This document shows, in pieces, positions 49,696 to 58,817 of a stretch of DNA of 64,000 nt; positions within the stretch are counted from its first letter, which is position 1; each line of letters begins with the position of its first letter. Origin of the DNA: Gammaproteobacteria bacterium (GTDB lineage: Bacteria; Pseudomonadota; Gammaproteobacteria; Eutrophobiales; Eutrophobiaceae); the NCBI GenBank assembly GCA_965116495.1, contig OZ220696.1, positions 672,001 through 736,000 on the forward strand. The letters run 5' to 3'. The position numbers and the translations under genes are program-made. The notes beneath the pieces are model-generated. The model saw only the letters and a program-made list of their open reading frames with translations, had not been told where the DNA came from and did no database searches.

Positions 49696-49872
49696 TCAGC
49701 GGAGCAGAGAAATAACAGTATCGGCAAAGGTTTGCATGATTTTTTGCTGGCGTTCCCTGGTCATACCGGGCCAGTACAGGCGTGCAATATAATAAAACTA
49801 GCTGCCGGCCACCCGCGCAAATCGTCGTATTTTCTCTGCGACGGCTTCAGGACTGCCGATAATCCCGTTGTC
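49696..49872 (-). pseudogene. C-terminal remnant of a luciferase-like (LLM) flavin-dependent oxidoreductase
   Basis: Manual translation IIGSPEAVAEKIRRFARVAGS*FYYIARLYWPGMTRERQQKIMQTFADTVISLLR*, with an internal stop. Confidence 0.65.
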
Positions 49873-49919
49873 ACTATGAGGCCATAACCTACCTTCACCA
49901 GATGTCCCGCGCACGCTGA

Positions 49920-52900
49920 TCAGGCGCCAGCATTACATCTGAGTTCATTGGTTTTTTCCGTATCGATTTTACCGGCCGGATCAATGTCAACGCGGTACAC
50001 ATGGCGAGCCCTGTCGATGCTGACAAGTCCTTCCCTGACATCCCTGGCAACGCGCTGCGGGTCTCTCTCAAATGGCTTGCCGTACCCGCCGGCGCCGGTA
50101 CAAATAGATATGATCGACTCGCCGGGTTCGAGCGTGACCCGGGCACAAAGATCCAGTTCCTCCAGTTGGCCATCGCGCCTGCGGATAAACTGTTGTGATC
50201 TTGTGCCTGCATGGCCACCCCGTACACCGAGTGGGGCATTGATGGTGCCGTCACTGGTAAACAGCGCTTCAATACTGGTATCGACCGGTTCATATTCCAC
50301 ATAAGCGCTTGGTGAACCCGTGTGCCGGCCTGCACCTTCCGTATCCTGAATTAAATACTGCGAACTTACCAGGATTGGATATTTCATCTCGTCCACTTCA
50401 ATAGAATCGTGGTGCTGCAGTCCGGCAACCCCTATACCTATTATGGTCAACCAGCCGTCGGCGTAGGGTGCACCGGGTCCGTTACAAACCAGCAGGCACA
50501 GGAAGTTCTGAAAGTGACCTCTGCCTTCCCGGGGATCGACGCCGGATATCACAGCCATCGCCGGCGGCATATGCCGGCCTATTTCGGCCAGGCCAAATCC
50601 CTCGCCCAGTTGGGCGAAACCCAGAGCGACGGCTTTCCCCGCCAGTTCGGACAGGTTGGTCGTGGCAACGGAACAACTGAAAGGGTGGCTTGGAATGCCT
50701 ATGGCACAATTTTCCCTCAGCAGGACTTCGATGCGGCGAAAACTTCCGGAATTCAACGGCACCTGCCGGCGCATGCTGGAGAATACGCCGGCCATTGCCG
50801 CAGATGCAATCGTCGACTCGGACAGGTTCATGCCGAACGGTTGGCAATCGATGTTATCCCTTAAATCTACTTCGACCCTGGCGTCGGCAGGAAATACGGC
50901 CAGGTCGACATTGATGGGGACACCGTTTTCAGCGCCCGGCACCGGGTCATGGTGGATGGTCACCCGGGTTTTGCCATCGGGCAGTTCACTTAATGCGGAA
51001 ACCATTCTGCGTTCCGAATAGTCCATCCAGTCCTGGGCAAATGCTTCAAAGGTACCTTCCGATACGTTGTCCAGAAACTCCAGCAGCCGTTTTTCCCCGA
51101 TTCGACAGGCCCCCAGCATGGCAAGAAAATCACCGTACCACATATCGGGCACCCTGATACGTAGCCGGCATAAGCGGATAAAGTCATCATCCAGTTGATA
51201 ATCACGCTGAATTTTTACACAGGGAAATATCAGGGCGCCTTCCTCATACACGTCTTTGGCAGCAGCAAAAAATGTAGTCGGAATGGAGTTGCCGCAATCT
51301 GCCATATGGGCCTTGGCATAAACCGTTGCGCGATGTCTGCCCTGGGCATCAACCACCGGCATCAATATCGTCCAGTCGGCAGGGTGGGTATTACCGTGGT
51401 AAGGCGAATTATGTACGAAAGCATCACCCCGGTAGAGCACCGGATGGCATTCTTTCATATAGCGGGACTGCAGGTCAGGTCCGCACAGCGTCATGCACGG
51501 CAAGCCTTCGCATACGGTCAGGATTTCGTCATTGGCAGTGACGATCCCGCAGGCAAAGTCCCTGGCCATGTTCATAATCGCGGAACGGGATGTCCGCAGC
51601 AAGGTGTTCCGCATCGCCAGCACAACGGATTCCAGCCGGCTGTTCAGCAGGGCCAGTTCATGACCGCTCATTTTCGAGCCTGCCTTGACGGTGTCCTCGA
51701 CGATGTTTCTCAGGAGTGACTCTCCGGGCTCGACCATGAACGAGGAACCTGTCATTTTTACCGCATTGGCGCCGGGCGGAACAATAATGGTGGTTACCGG
51801 TGATTCTATAAAGGCAGGACCATGAATTTTTATCCCCGCCCGTAACGTTTCCGCGCGTTGTACCCGGGCGGTGGTCCAGCCCATACCCTGGAAGTAAGCC
51901 TTGCGTTCAGTTCCCGCCTCCCGGACGACAGTACTGTACTCTGCGCTCGAGACCACGTCCTTGTGCAGTTTGCAGGACACCTCTGCGCGCCAGGCGATCA
52001 CTTCAATCGGCGCTGCAGTATCTTCAATCGCAAACAGGTCGAGATGTACCTTGTGAAAATCATGGACCAGTCCCTTGACGTCATCTTCGCTATCGAACCT
52101 GTCACGGCGCAAGGGGACTTCTATTTCCCAGACCTGGTCCGGGTAGCGAGCCTCTACGCTGAAGTTTATCGTGACATCATCCGTACCCGAGTTCGCCGCA
52201 AATGACTCACATTCCCGGCGCAGGTCTTGGAGGATACGGTTCGCTGCAGCGCGGTCGAATACCGTACTCAGCATGAAATGTGTCCTGGAGAAGTCACGTT
52301 TGAGTTCGGACAACAACGCGCCGGCAGCGCTGAGTGCCGCGGATACGGAAGGTATCAGTATTTGTCTGACGCCCAATTGGGCCGCGATAGTTGCCGAGTA
52401 CAAACCGCCACCGCCGCCTCCACCGACCAGCAGGGCATTAACCGGATCAATACCCCGTTCCAGGGTGATCTCTTCGATGGCGACTACCATGTTCTGGCAG
52501 GCCAGCTCAAATATCGCCGCTGCTGCGTCTTCCAGTTTCAGGTCGATATGCCCGCCTACCCCGGACATGATCGCCTGTTCAGCAAGAGAGACGTCAATCT
52601 CTATGTTGCCGCCAAGATAAAACGCCGGGTCCAGGTAGCCCAGCACGATGCAAGCATCAGTAAGCGTGGGCTGTTTCCCCCCCTTGTTCCAGCAGGCGGG
52701 TCCCGGGTCGGCGCCGGCGCTCTGTGGGCCGACATGCAATAAACCGCCGTCATCGACCCAGGCGATAGAACCTCCGCCGGCGCCGATACTGCGCACATCA
52801 ACCGAAGCAAAGCCGGTCATGAACCCCTGTTTCTGGTCGCCTACCATGGCTTCACGGGTCCAGGGAATCTGGCCGTTTTGTACCAGGCCCACATCGAAAG

Positions 52901-53807
52901 TCGTGCCGCCGGCGTCAGTGACGATAGAAAGATCGGAGTTGCAGTCATGTTTCGCATAATGGCGTCCGGCTATCGGCGCCGCCGCCGGCCCGCTGCCTAT
53001 CGTATGGATAGGCCTGTCCCACACATCGTCTGCATCAAGCATCCCGCCTGACGCGGTTAATATCAACAGGCGTCCCGTGAAGCCCTCTCCACGCAAGCTT
53101 GATTCCAGGTGGCGCAGATAAGCGCCCATCAACGGTTTCAGCGAGGCATCTATCGCCGTTGAAGAGGCGCGGCGGTATTCGCGGATAGTCGGGTTGAGCT
53201 GGTGAGAAAGTGTGTAAGGTATACCGGGCAGGTGTTCGTCAAGCAGCCTGCCCAGTTCCAGTTCATGCACCGGATTTACGGCCGACCAGAGCAGGCATAC
53301 CGCAACGGCTTCAATTTCTTCCTGTTTTATTTTCCTTATTGTCTCGATAGCAGCCTTCTGGTCGATTTCTTTCACCACACGGCCATCAGCGTAGATACGC
53401 TCCGCTATTTCGTAGGACAGGGACCTGGGGATATAAGGCTCAGGATATTCCTGGGAATAATCCATCGGTTCATGACGCCCGCCACCTTCCCTGACCAACA
53501 GCATATCCTTATGGCCTTTAGTGGTCATAAATGCAGTACGGGCAGTTTTGTGTTCCACGATGGCATTGGTCGCCCTGGTAGTGCCGTACACCAGTATGTC
53601 TCCCAGTTCCAGCAAACGTCCCGCACTCATGCCTAATTCCTGCGCGGCAAAACTGATTACGTCAAGCAGTCCCCTGGTCGGGTCATCCGGGGTTGTAGGG
53701 CGTTTGAACAGACGTAATTTATCGTCCAGTCCCTCAATGATGAGATCGGTAAATGTTCCGCCGGTATCGACGCCGAAGCGCAGACGTGTATTATTATCCG
53801 GGCTCAT
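49920..53807 (-). CDS. Fused hydantoinase/oxoprolinase A+B (ATP-dependent lactamase family)
   Basis: A part: VDTGGTFTD, GTTRATNA, SGPAA, DAGGTTFD, SIGAGGGS, GPQSAGADPGP. B part: RTSRS, NSPYHGNTHPAD, KAHMAD, YEEG, DTEGAG, GAGGYG. Confidence 0.93.
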   Translation of the reverse strand: MSPDNNTRLRFGVDTGGTFTDLIIEGLDDKLRLFKRPTTPDDPTRGLLDVISFAAQELGMSAGRLLELGDILVYGTTRATNAIVEHKTARTAFMTTKGHKDMLLVREGGGRHEPMDYSQEYPEPYIPRSLSYEIAERIYADGRVVKEIDQKAAIETIRKIKQEEIEAVAVCLLWSAVNPVHELELGRLLDEHLPGIPYTLSHQLNPTIREYRRASSTAIDASLKPLMGAYLRHLESSLRGEGFTGRLLILTASGGMLDADDVWDRPIHTIGSGPAAAPIAGRHYAKHDCNSDLSIVTDAGGTTFDVGLVQNGQIPWTREAMVGDQKQGFMTGFASVDVRSIGAGGGSIAWVDDGGLLHVGPQSAGADPGPACWNKGGKQPTLTDACIVLGYLDPAFYLGGNIEIDVSLAEQAIMSGVGGHIDLKLEDAAAAIFELACQNMVVAIEEITLERGIDPVNALLVGGGGGGGLYSATIAAQLGVRQILIPSVSAALSAAGALLSELKRDFSRTHFMLSTVFDRAAANRILQDLRRECESFAANSGTDDVTINFSVEARYPDQVWEIEVPLRRDRFDSEDDVKGLVHDFHKVHLDLFAIEDTAAPIEVIAWRAEVSCKLHKDVVSSAEYSTVVREAGTERKAYFQGMGWTTARVQRAETLRAGIKIHGPAFIESPVTTIIVPPGANAVKMTGSSFMVEPGESLLRNIVEDTVKAGSKMSGHELALLNSRLESVVLAMRNTLLRTSRSAIMNMARDFACGIVTANDEILTVCEGLPCMTLCGPDLQSRYMKECHPVLYRGDAFVHNSPYHGNTHPADWTILMPVVDAQGRHRATVYAKAHMADCGNSIPTTFFAAAKDVYEEGALIFPCVKIQRDYQLDDDFIRLCRLRIRVPDMWYGDFLAMLGACRIGEKRLLEFLDNVSEGTFEAFAQDWMDYSERRMVSALSELPDGKTRVTIHHDPVPGAENGVPINVDLAVFPADARVEVDLRDNIDCQPFGMNLSESTIASAAMAGVFSSMRRQVPLNSGSFRRIEVLLRENCAIGIPSHPFSCSVATTNLSELAGKAVALGFAQLGEGFGLAEIGRHMPPAMAVISGVDPREGRGHFQNFLCLLVCNGPGAPYADGWLTIIGIGVAGLQHHDSIEVDEMKYPILVSSQYLIQDTEGAGRHTGSPSAYVEYEPVDTSIEALFTSDGTINAPLGVRGGHAGTRSQQFIRRRDGQLEELDLCARVTLEPGESIISICTGAGGYGKPFERDPQRVARDVREGLVSIDRARHVYRVDIDPAGKIDTEKTNELRCNAGA

Positions 53808-53808
53808 A

Positions 53809-54198
53809 TCAACTGGTTGCCTGTTTGGTTTTTTCCGTATCGAAATAATCCCTTACCCAATCAATCTTCCCATCCTTGATATCAGTGATAAATACCCCTT
53901 TACTTGAAAATGACCTGCCGTTTTTCAGACTGAAATCACCTCGCCATTCGGCAATGACAACGTTCATCCCCGTATCTTCAAAAATGTTATATGGTTCGAA
54001 GTGAATACTGGTAAACTTTGCCAGCACGTCATCACGCATGTATTTCAAAAAATCAGCCCGTCCTTCGATATCGGTGCCGAATGCAGTGCCGGCAGCCGTG
54101 TGTTTTACCTCATCCGTAACAATCGGGGACAATCCATCTGCATTGCGTTCATTGAAGCAGCGTACCATGGACATAATCAGTTCTTTATTTGTACTCAT
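53809..54198 (-). CDS. SnoaL-like / NTF2-family protein
   Basis: 129 aa; GVFITDIKDGKIDWVRDYFDT C-terminus; stop lies 1 nt before the hydantoinase start. Confidence 0.88.
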   Translation of the reverse strand: MSTNKELIMSMVRCFNERNADGLSPIVTDEVKHTAAGTAFGTDIEGRADFLKYMRDDVLAKFTSIHFEPYNIFEDTGMNVVIAEWRGDFSLKNGRSFSSKGVFITDIKDGKIDWVRDYFDTEKTKQATS

Positions 54199-54245
54199 GT
54201 CAGATCTCCATAGGAAGAATCACTGTCGGGGCAATGCAAGTAAAA

Positions 54246-54308
54246 ATTATCTTTCTGTGCGGCAGGTTATTGCTATCCCTTTACAGCAAGACTTATCCTT
54301 TCTGCGCA
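54246..54308 (-). promoter_or_regulatory. Putative AraC/XylS-activated promoter (site A) for snoaL-hydantoinase
   Basis: Minus strand TGCGCAGAAAGGATA-N5-TGCTGTAAAGGGATA-GCAAT, with -10-like GATAAT 22 nt downstream. Confidence 0.75.
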
Positions 54309-54355
54309 TTCGATGTGTCCAGGCACCGGGAAGGCACTCCTCAACCCCTGCTTTG

Positions 54356-54601
54356 CTATCCTGCCGCAATCTTTCTGATAAAAACAAACTCGCTGTCAGG
54401 ATTAAGTTTTTCAAGAAAAGGATTATTTATGACAACCCCGTCGATTGACACCATATAGTTGCTCAGTTCTGCTTCGGAAAGACCGGAATAAAGCCTTGAT
54501 AATTCCGTTATCAGTTCACGGCAACTGCCGGCTGCAATATCTGTTTCCCTCAAACCGTCAGTGAATAGCGTCTGTTCCGGATTAAATATTACCCTGGCCA
54601 T
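54356..54601 (-). CDS. MoaD/ThiS-family ubiquitin-like protein
   Basis: 81 aa; VSIDG...FVFIRKIAAG C-terminus; follows the Mo subunit gene. Confidence 0.8.
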   Translation of the reverse strand: MARVIFNPEQTLFTDGLRETDIAAGSCRELITELSRLYSGLSEAELSNYMVSIDGVVINNPFLEKLNPDSEFVFIRKIAAG

Positions 54602-54628
54602 TTCTGAAAAAGCCGGATGGATAGATGG

Positions 54629-56875
54629 TCAGTGATTATTTTCCAGGATTGCATCCATCACCCTTGATGGATTTAGCGGCATATCGCTGATTGAAGTCCC
54701 CAGGGCGCGATTGACCGCAATCGCTACCGCCGCCATCGGTGCGCATATAGGTGTTTCTCCAACACCCCGCACACCGTAAGGATGCTCCGGGTTCGGCACT
54801 TCTACGATCACCGTATCTATCATCGGCAAATCGGTAGCAACAGGAATGCGGTAATCAAGGAAGCCGGGATTGATCATTTCCCCGGCCTCATCGTACCTGT
54901 ACTCTTCATTCAGGGCCCAGCCTATCCCCTGTGCCACGCCGCCCTGCATCTGGCCTTCGACATAATCGGGATGGATTGCGATACCCGCATCCTGAATTGC
55001 CGTAAACCGTTCTATCCCTACTTTGCCGGTCTCATTGTCTACGCTGACATCGACAAGGTTGACTGCACAACTGGGCGCAGCGCCACTGGTATTCGCAGAC
55101 ACGCTGGCACTGATTGTGCCCCCGGTTTTATAGGCTGTTCGCGCCAGTTCCGCTATCCCCATGCCGGGCAGATTTGAACTGCGGGCATGAGCAGCGCCGG
55201 CTTGCCAATATACATTTTCAACGTCAATGTCCCACAGTGCTGCGGCCCGCTTGCATAACTCCTGTTTAACCTGTTCCGCTGCCTGTACGACTACCTTGCC
55301 CGTGGCCAGGGTTACGCGACTGCCGCCCGTGACGTCGGAAAACCCGACAGTCTCCGTGTCGGCTACAATGGGTGTAATTGATTCTACCGGCACATCAAGG
55401 GTTTCTGCCGCCATTAAGGCCATGGAGGCGCGGGAACCGCCAATGTCCGGTGTGCCGACCAGCAGGTTGACTTTCCCGGTTTCCGTCAAGTGTATCGTGG
55501 CACTGGAATGACAACTGCCGCCGATGTAAAACGCACAGGCCACACCACGGCCGTAACCGGTCGGCAACTTTGACGTGTAGTGCGGATGCGTTCTGGCGCG
55601 CTGCAAGCTCTCTACCAAACCGAGTGGGCCCAGTTTTAATCCGAACAGATTAGTATTTCCCTCCCTGTTCGCATTTAATAAGCGGATTTCTATCGGGTCC
55701 AGGTCCAGCCCTCGCGCCAAATCATCCACAACGTTTTCACAGGCCAGCAATGCCTGCGGTAATCCCGGGGCGCGATATGGCGTTACATTGAGTTTATTGA
55801 CCAGTATTTCAAGACCTTCCACCCGCATGTTGGGAGTGTCATAGCAGGAAAAAATGTTCATTTTCGCCTCCTGCATGGAACCGCCCCGGAAAGCACCGGC
55901 TTCGTATTCCATATGGGCTTCCAGCGCAGTTATCTTCCCGGACTTTGCCGCACCCGCTTTTAACCTGATACGGGTTGCCGGTGCATGGCCGGTAGCCCGG
56001 AAGACCTCTTCTCTTGTCATTGTCATCTTGACCGGCCTGCCGGATTTTCCCGATAAAACTGCAGCAACCGGTTCCAGGTAAGGAACCAGCTTGCCGCCAA
56101 AACCACCGCCGATTTCGCTTGGTGTTACTTTTATATCAGCCGCGTCAATACCGAGAATCAAAGCGGTATAGGCGCGTACCGCAAAGGCTCCCTGGGTGGA
56201 ACACCATATTTCAACCTTGCCGTTTTCATTGACGCTGACTACGCAGCCAAGTGGTTCTATATAACCCTGGTGAACAGGGGGTGTCGTAAATGTTCTTTCT
56301 ACAACCAGATCAGCTTCTCTGAAACCATGTTCTATATCACCACGCTCCAGAGTAGTGCGCGCGGCGATATTGGATTGTCTGGAAACCGTCTCAGCTGAAC
56401 CTTCCGGGATAGTATTTTCATCTATCACAGGCGCACCGGGCGCCAGCGCCGCATCAATTGTTAAAACATGGGGTAATACCTCATAGTCGGCATCGATCAA
56501 ATCAAGCGCCTGTTCAGCGATTTCAACAGAAGTAGCGGCAACAGCGGCAACGGCGTGTCCGTGGTAAAGCGCCTTATCCTGCGCCATGACAGTTTGCGAC
56601 TGTGTAACGGCATCTATCGGCAGGACAATACCTTCAACCGTCACATCCGTTAAGGTAGGAAAATCATCCCGGCAGGTAACAGCAATTACCCCGTCCAGAG
56701 CAAGAGCCCTGCTCAAATCGATGGATTTAATACGGGCATGAGCATGCGGGCTGCGCAGTACTTTCCCATAAAGCATGCCCGGCAAGGAAAAGTCTGAGCC
56801 ATAATCCGCTCGGCCGGTGACTTTATCCAGTCCATCAGGACGAACAGGCCGTGTGCCTATATATTTGTATGTCAT
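54629..56875 (-). CDS. Xanthine dehydrogenase/CoxL-family molybdopterin-binding subunit
   Basis: Start ATG 56875; DKVTGRADY, LRSPHAHARI, HQGYIEP, IGGGFGGK, YRAPG, GGSR, EGQMQGG, RGVGE. Confidence 0.93.
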   Translation of the reverse strand: MTYKYIGTRPVRPDGLDKVTGRADYGSDFSLPGMLYGKVLRSPHAHARIKSIDLSRALALDGVIAVTCRDDFPTLTDVTVEGIVLPIDAVTQSQTVMAQDKALYHGHAVAAVAATSVEIAEQALDLIDADYEVLPHVLTIDAALAPGAPVIDENTIPEGSAETVSRQSNIAARTTLERGDIEHGFREADLVVERTFTTPPVHQGYIEPLGCVVSVNENGKVEIWCSTQGAFAVRAYTALILGIDAADIKVTPSEIGGGFGGKLVPYLEPVAAVLSGKSGRPVKMTMTREEVFRATGHAPATRIRLKAGAAKSGKITALEAHMEYEAGAFRGGSMQEAKMNIFSCYDTPNMRVEGLEILVNKLNVTPYRAPGLPQALLACENVVDDLARGLDLDPIEIRLLNANREGNTNLFGLKLGPLGLVESLQRARTHPHYTSKLPTGYGRGVACAFYIGGSCHSSATIHLTETGKVNLLVGTPDIGGSRASMALMAAETLDVPVESITPIVADTETVGFSDVTGGSRVTLATGKVVVQAAEQVKQELCKRAAALWDIDVENVYWQAGAAHARSSNLPGMGIAELARTAYKTGGTISASVSANTSGAAPSCAVNLVDVSVDNETGKVGIERFTAIQDAGIAIHPDYVEGQMQGGVAQGIGWALNEEYRYDEAGEMINPGFLDYRIPVATDLPMIDTVIVEVPNPEHPYGVRGVGETPICAPMAAVAIAVNRALGTSISDMPLNPSRVMDAILENNH

Positions 56876-56915
56876 AGATGTATTAAAACCCGGTGTTCCT
56901 GCTTTGTATCTCCGG

Positions 56916-57389
56916 CTAGCATTCCCGTAATTCGCGGGCCGCATCCAGCACCGCGCGCACGATTTTGTCATAGCCCGTACAACGACACAGGTTTCCTGCC
57001 AGCCAGTACCTTACCTGTTCTTCATCAGGATCCCTGTTGCTGTCCAGTAATGCCTTGGCGGCAACTACTATGCCCGGAGTGCAGATACCGCATTGCAAGG
57101 CCGCGTGTTCCAGTAATTTTTTTTGTACAGGGTGTAGTTTGTTCCCTTTTGCAACTCCCTCCACAGTGTCAACAGACTGTCCTTCCATCTCGACTGCGAG
57201 CAGCAGGCAGGCACACACTAAACAGCCGTTTAATATGATTGAGCAGGCACCGCAATCACCCGTATTGCACCCTTCTTTAGTTCCCGTCAGACGTAAACGC
57301 TCGCGCAATACATGCAGCGCCGTTTCATGCGGTTCACACAGAAACTGCACCGGTTCGTTGTTAATACTGGTCTTTACATGCAAAGCCAT
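56916..57389 (-). CDS. CoxS/CutS-family (2Fe-2S)x2 subunit
   Basis: GTKEGCNTGDCGAC, ACL, QCGICTPG, GNLCRCTGY. Confidence 0.95.
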   Translation of the reverse strand: MALHVKTSINNEPVQFLCEPHETALHVLRERLRLTGTKEGCNTGDCGACSIILNGCLVCACLLLAVEMEGQSVDTVEGVAKGNKLHPVQKKLLEHAALQCGICTPGIVVAAKALLDSNRDPDEEQVRYWLAGNLCRCTGYDKIVRAVLDAARELREC

Positions 57390-57636
57390 GTCATGTGCCG
57401 GCTATGCCGCCGGATATTCAGACAACAATTCATCGTCATTATTCACCATTTTTATTCTCCTGTCTGGCCAAGTCAAATTTATATATGAAACTACGGGAGC
57501 ACTTTATTTTCAACCTGCATGGCCACCCATACATAATCGTGCCTGGGATAAGAACCGGCAAGTACTGTACTGATTTTAATGGTCGTTGCAATTTCATCCT
57601 GGTTACTTACGTGGAATAGTCTGGTACAGAACTGAA

Positions 57637-57699
57637 ATTATCTTTTTTCCTGTCAGGGCATTGCTAGCCCGTAGCGGCAGTACTTATCCTTTAAGCGCA
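57637..57699 (-). promoter_or_regulatory. Putative AraC/XylS-activated promoter (site B) for the coxS-coxL-moaD operon
   Basis: Minus strand TGCGCTTAAAGGATA-N5-TGCCGCTACGGGCTA-GCAAT, with GATAAT 22 nt downstream; aligns ungapped with site A. Confidence 0.75.
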
Positions 57700-57783
57700 T
57701 TTGATTATCCTCCATATTCATAGAGTTAATTTCACATATGGTTTATAGTTGTATGCAGTTGATGACAGACGGTAGAAGAACGC

Positions 57784-58800
57784 ATGGCTGATCACAACCT
57801 CACTAATTCACTGCCGATAAGTGTTGATACATTCAGTACGACCGAGGCTCAGGTAGCTAACGAGTATATTAACGACCACGTTGCCTTGCATCGCCTTGAC
57901 GTAGTCGATGTGTGCTCCGGTGTCAAATTTGATTGCCGGCGATGGCAGATAGGGGATTTTCAGGTATGTGACTTTTCCTACGGTGAATGTGAAGTTGAAG
58001 TCACCGTTAACCAGTGCGATGAACAGGGGTTTTTTATCGTCATACCGATTTCCGGCCATGTTGATATCTCATCAAAAGATGTACAGCTTGCCCTGCAGCC
58101 GGGGTCGGCGATGGCCTTCACCACACCGGAAGCCGCAAATACATCCTTCCATGACTCCCGGAGTTTTCGCAATATCAATATTTGTGCATCCTATGAAGCA
58201 TTACGCAGCTTTCTTGCGAGAGAGTTCGACCTGCCAATAACCCGTAGTATCAGTTTTGCCAAGCACCCGATATTTGTCAGCAATGATTTCCGTTTTTTAC
58301 TTGACTATATTGAGTGGTTTTCAAACCGGATTGACAGGGATGTCGTGTCAATGCTGAATAACAGTTCTCACCTGGCCGGCCACCTGCACGATATGGTGTT
58401 GGGTTTACTTATCTCCACATTTGACAATAACTACCAGGAACTTTATTGCTCGCAAAACAAGAAAAGCATCTCTCCCTCATATGTGCGCTTGGCTGAAGAA
58501 TATATGCGTGACAATGTCTGTGAGACTGTGACCGTCAACGATATTGCCAGGGAAGTGGGTGTTGCAATGCGGACTTTGCATAAGGGGTTTCAGCGTTATC
58601 GCAATTACAGCGTGTCGGAATTTTTAAGAAACGAACGGTTGTCCCTGGCCCATAAGGAACTGGCCACTGCGAAGGAAAGAAAGCAGTCGGTTACCGATAT
58701 TGCTTATTCCTGTGGTTTTGCTCATCTCAGTAAGTTCGCGGTTGCCTACCGGAAAAGATACGGAGAAAAGCCTTCTGAAACTCTCAGGAAAGGAAATTGA
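57784..58800 (+). CDS. AraC-family transcriptional activator (N-terminal ligand domain + HTH)
   Basis: YVRLAEEYM...DIAREVGVAMRTLHKGFQR...SVTDIAYSCGFAHLSKFAVAYRKRYGEKPSETLR. Confidence 0.95.
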   Translation: MADHNLTNSLPISVDTFSTTEAQVANEYINDHVALHRLDVVDVCSGVKFDCRRWQIGDFQVCDFSYGECEVEVTVNQCDEQGFFIVIPISGHVDISSKDVQLALQPGSAMAFTTPEAANTSFHDSRSFRNINICASYEALRSFLAREFDLPITRSISFAKHPIFVSNDFRFLLDYIEWFSNRIDRDVVSMLNNSSHLAGHLHDMVLGLLISTFDNNYQELYCSQNKKSISPSYVRLAEEYMRDNVCETVTVNDIAREVGVAMRTLHKGFQRYRNYSVSEFLRNERLSLAHKELATAKERKQSVTDIAYSCGFAHLSKFAVAYRKRYGEKPSETLRKGN

Positions 58801-58817
58801 ACTGCTTTAACGCGGTC

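Noticed and set aside
54629-57389. Aerobic CO dehydrogenase
   Set aside because: The active-site loop is PYRAPG, not AYxCSFR or AYRGAGR, and no cox accessory genes are present.
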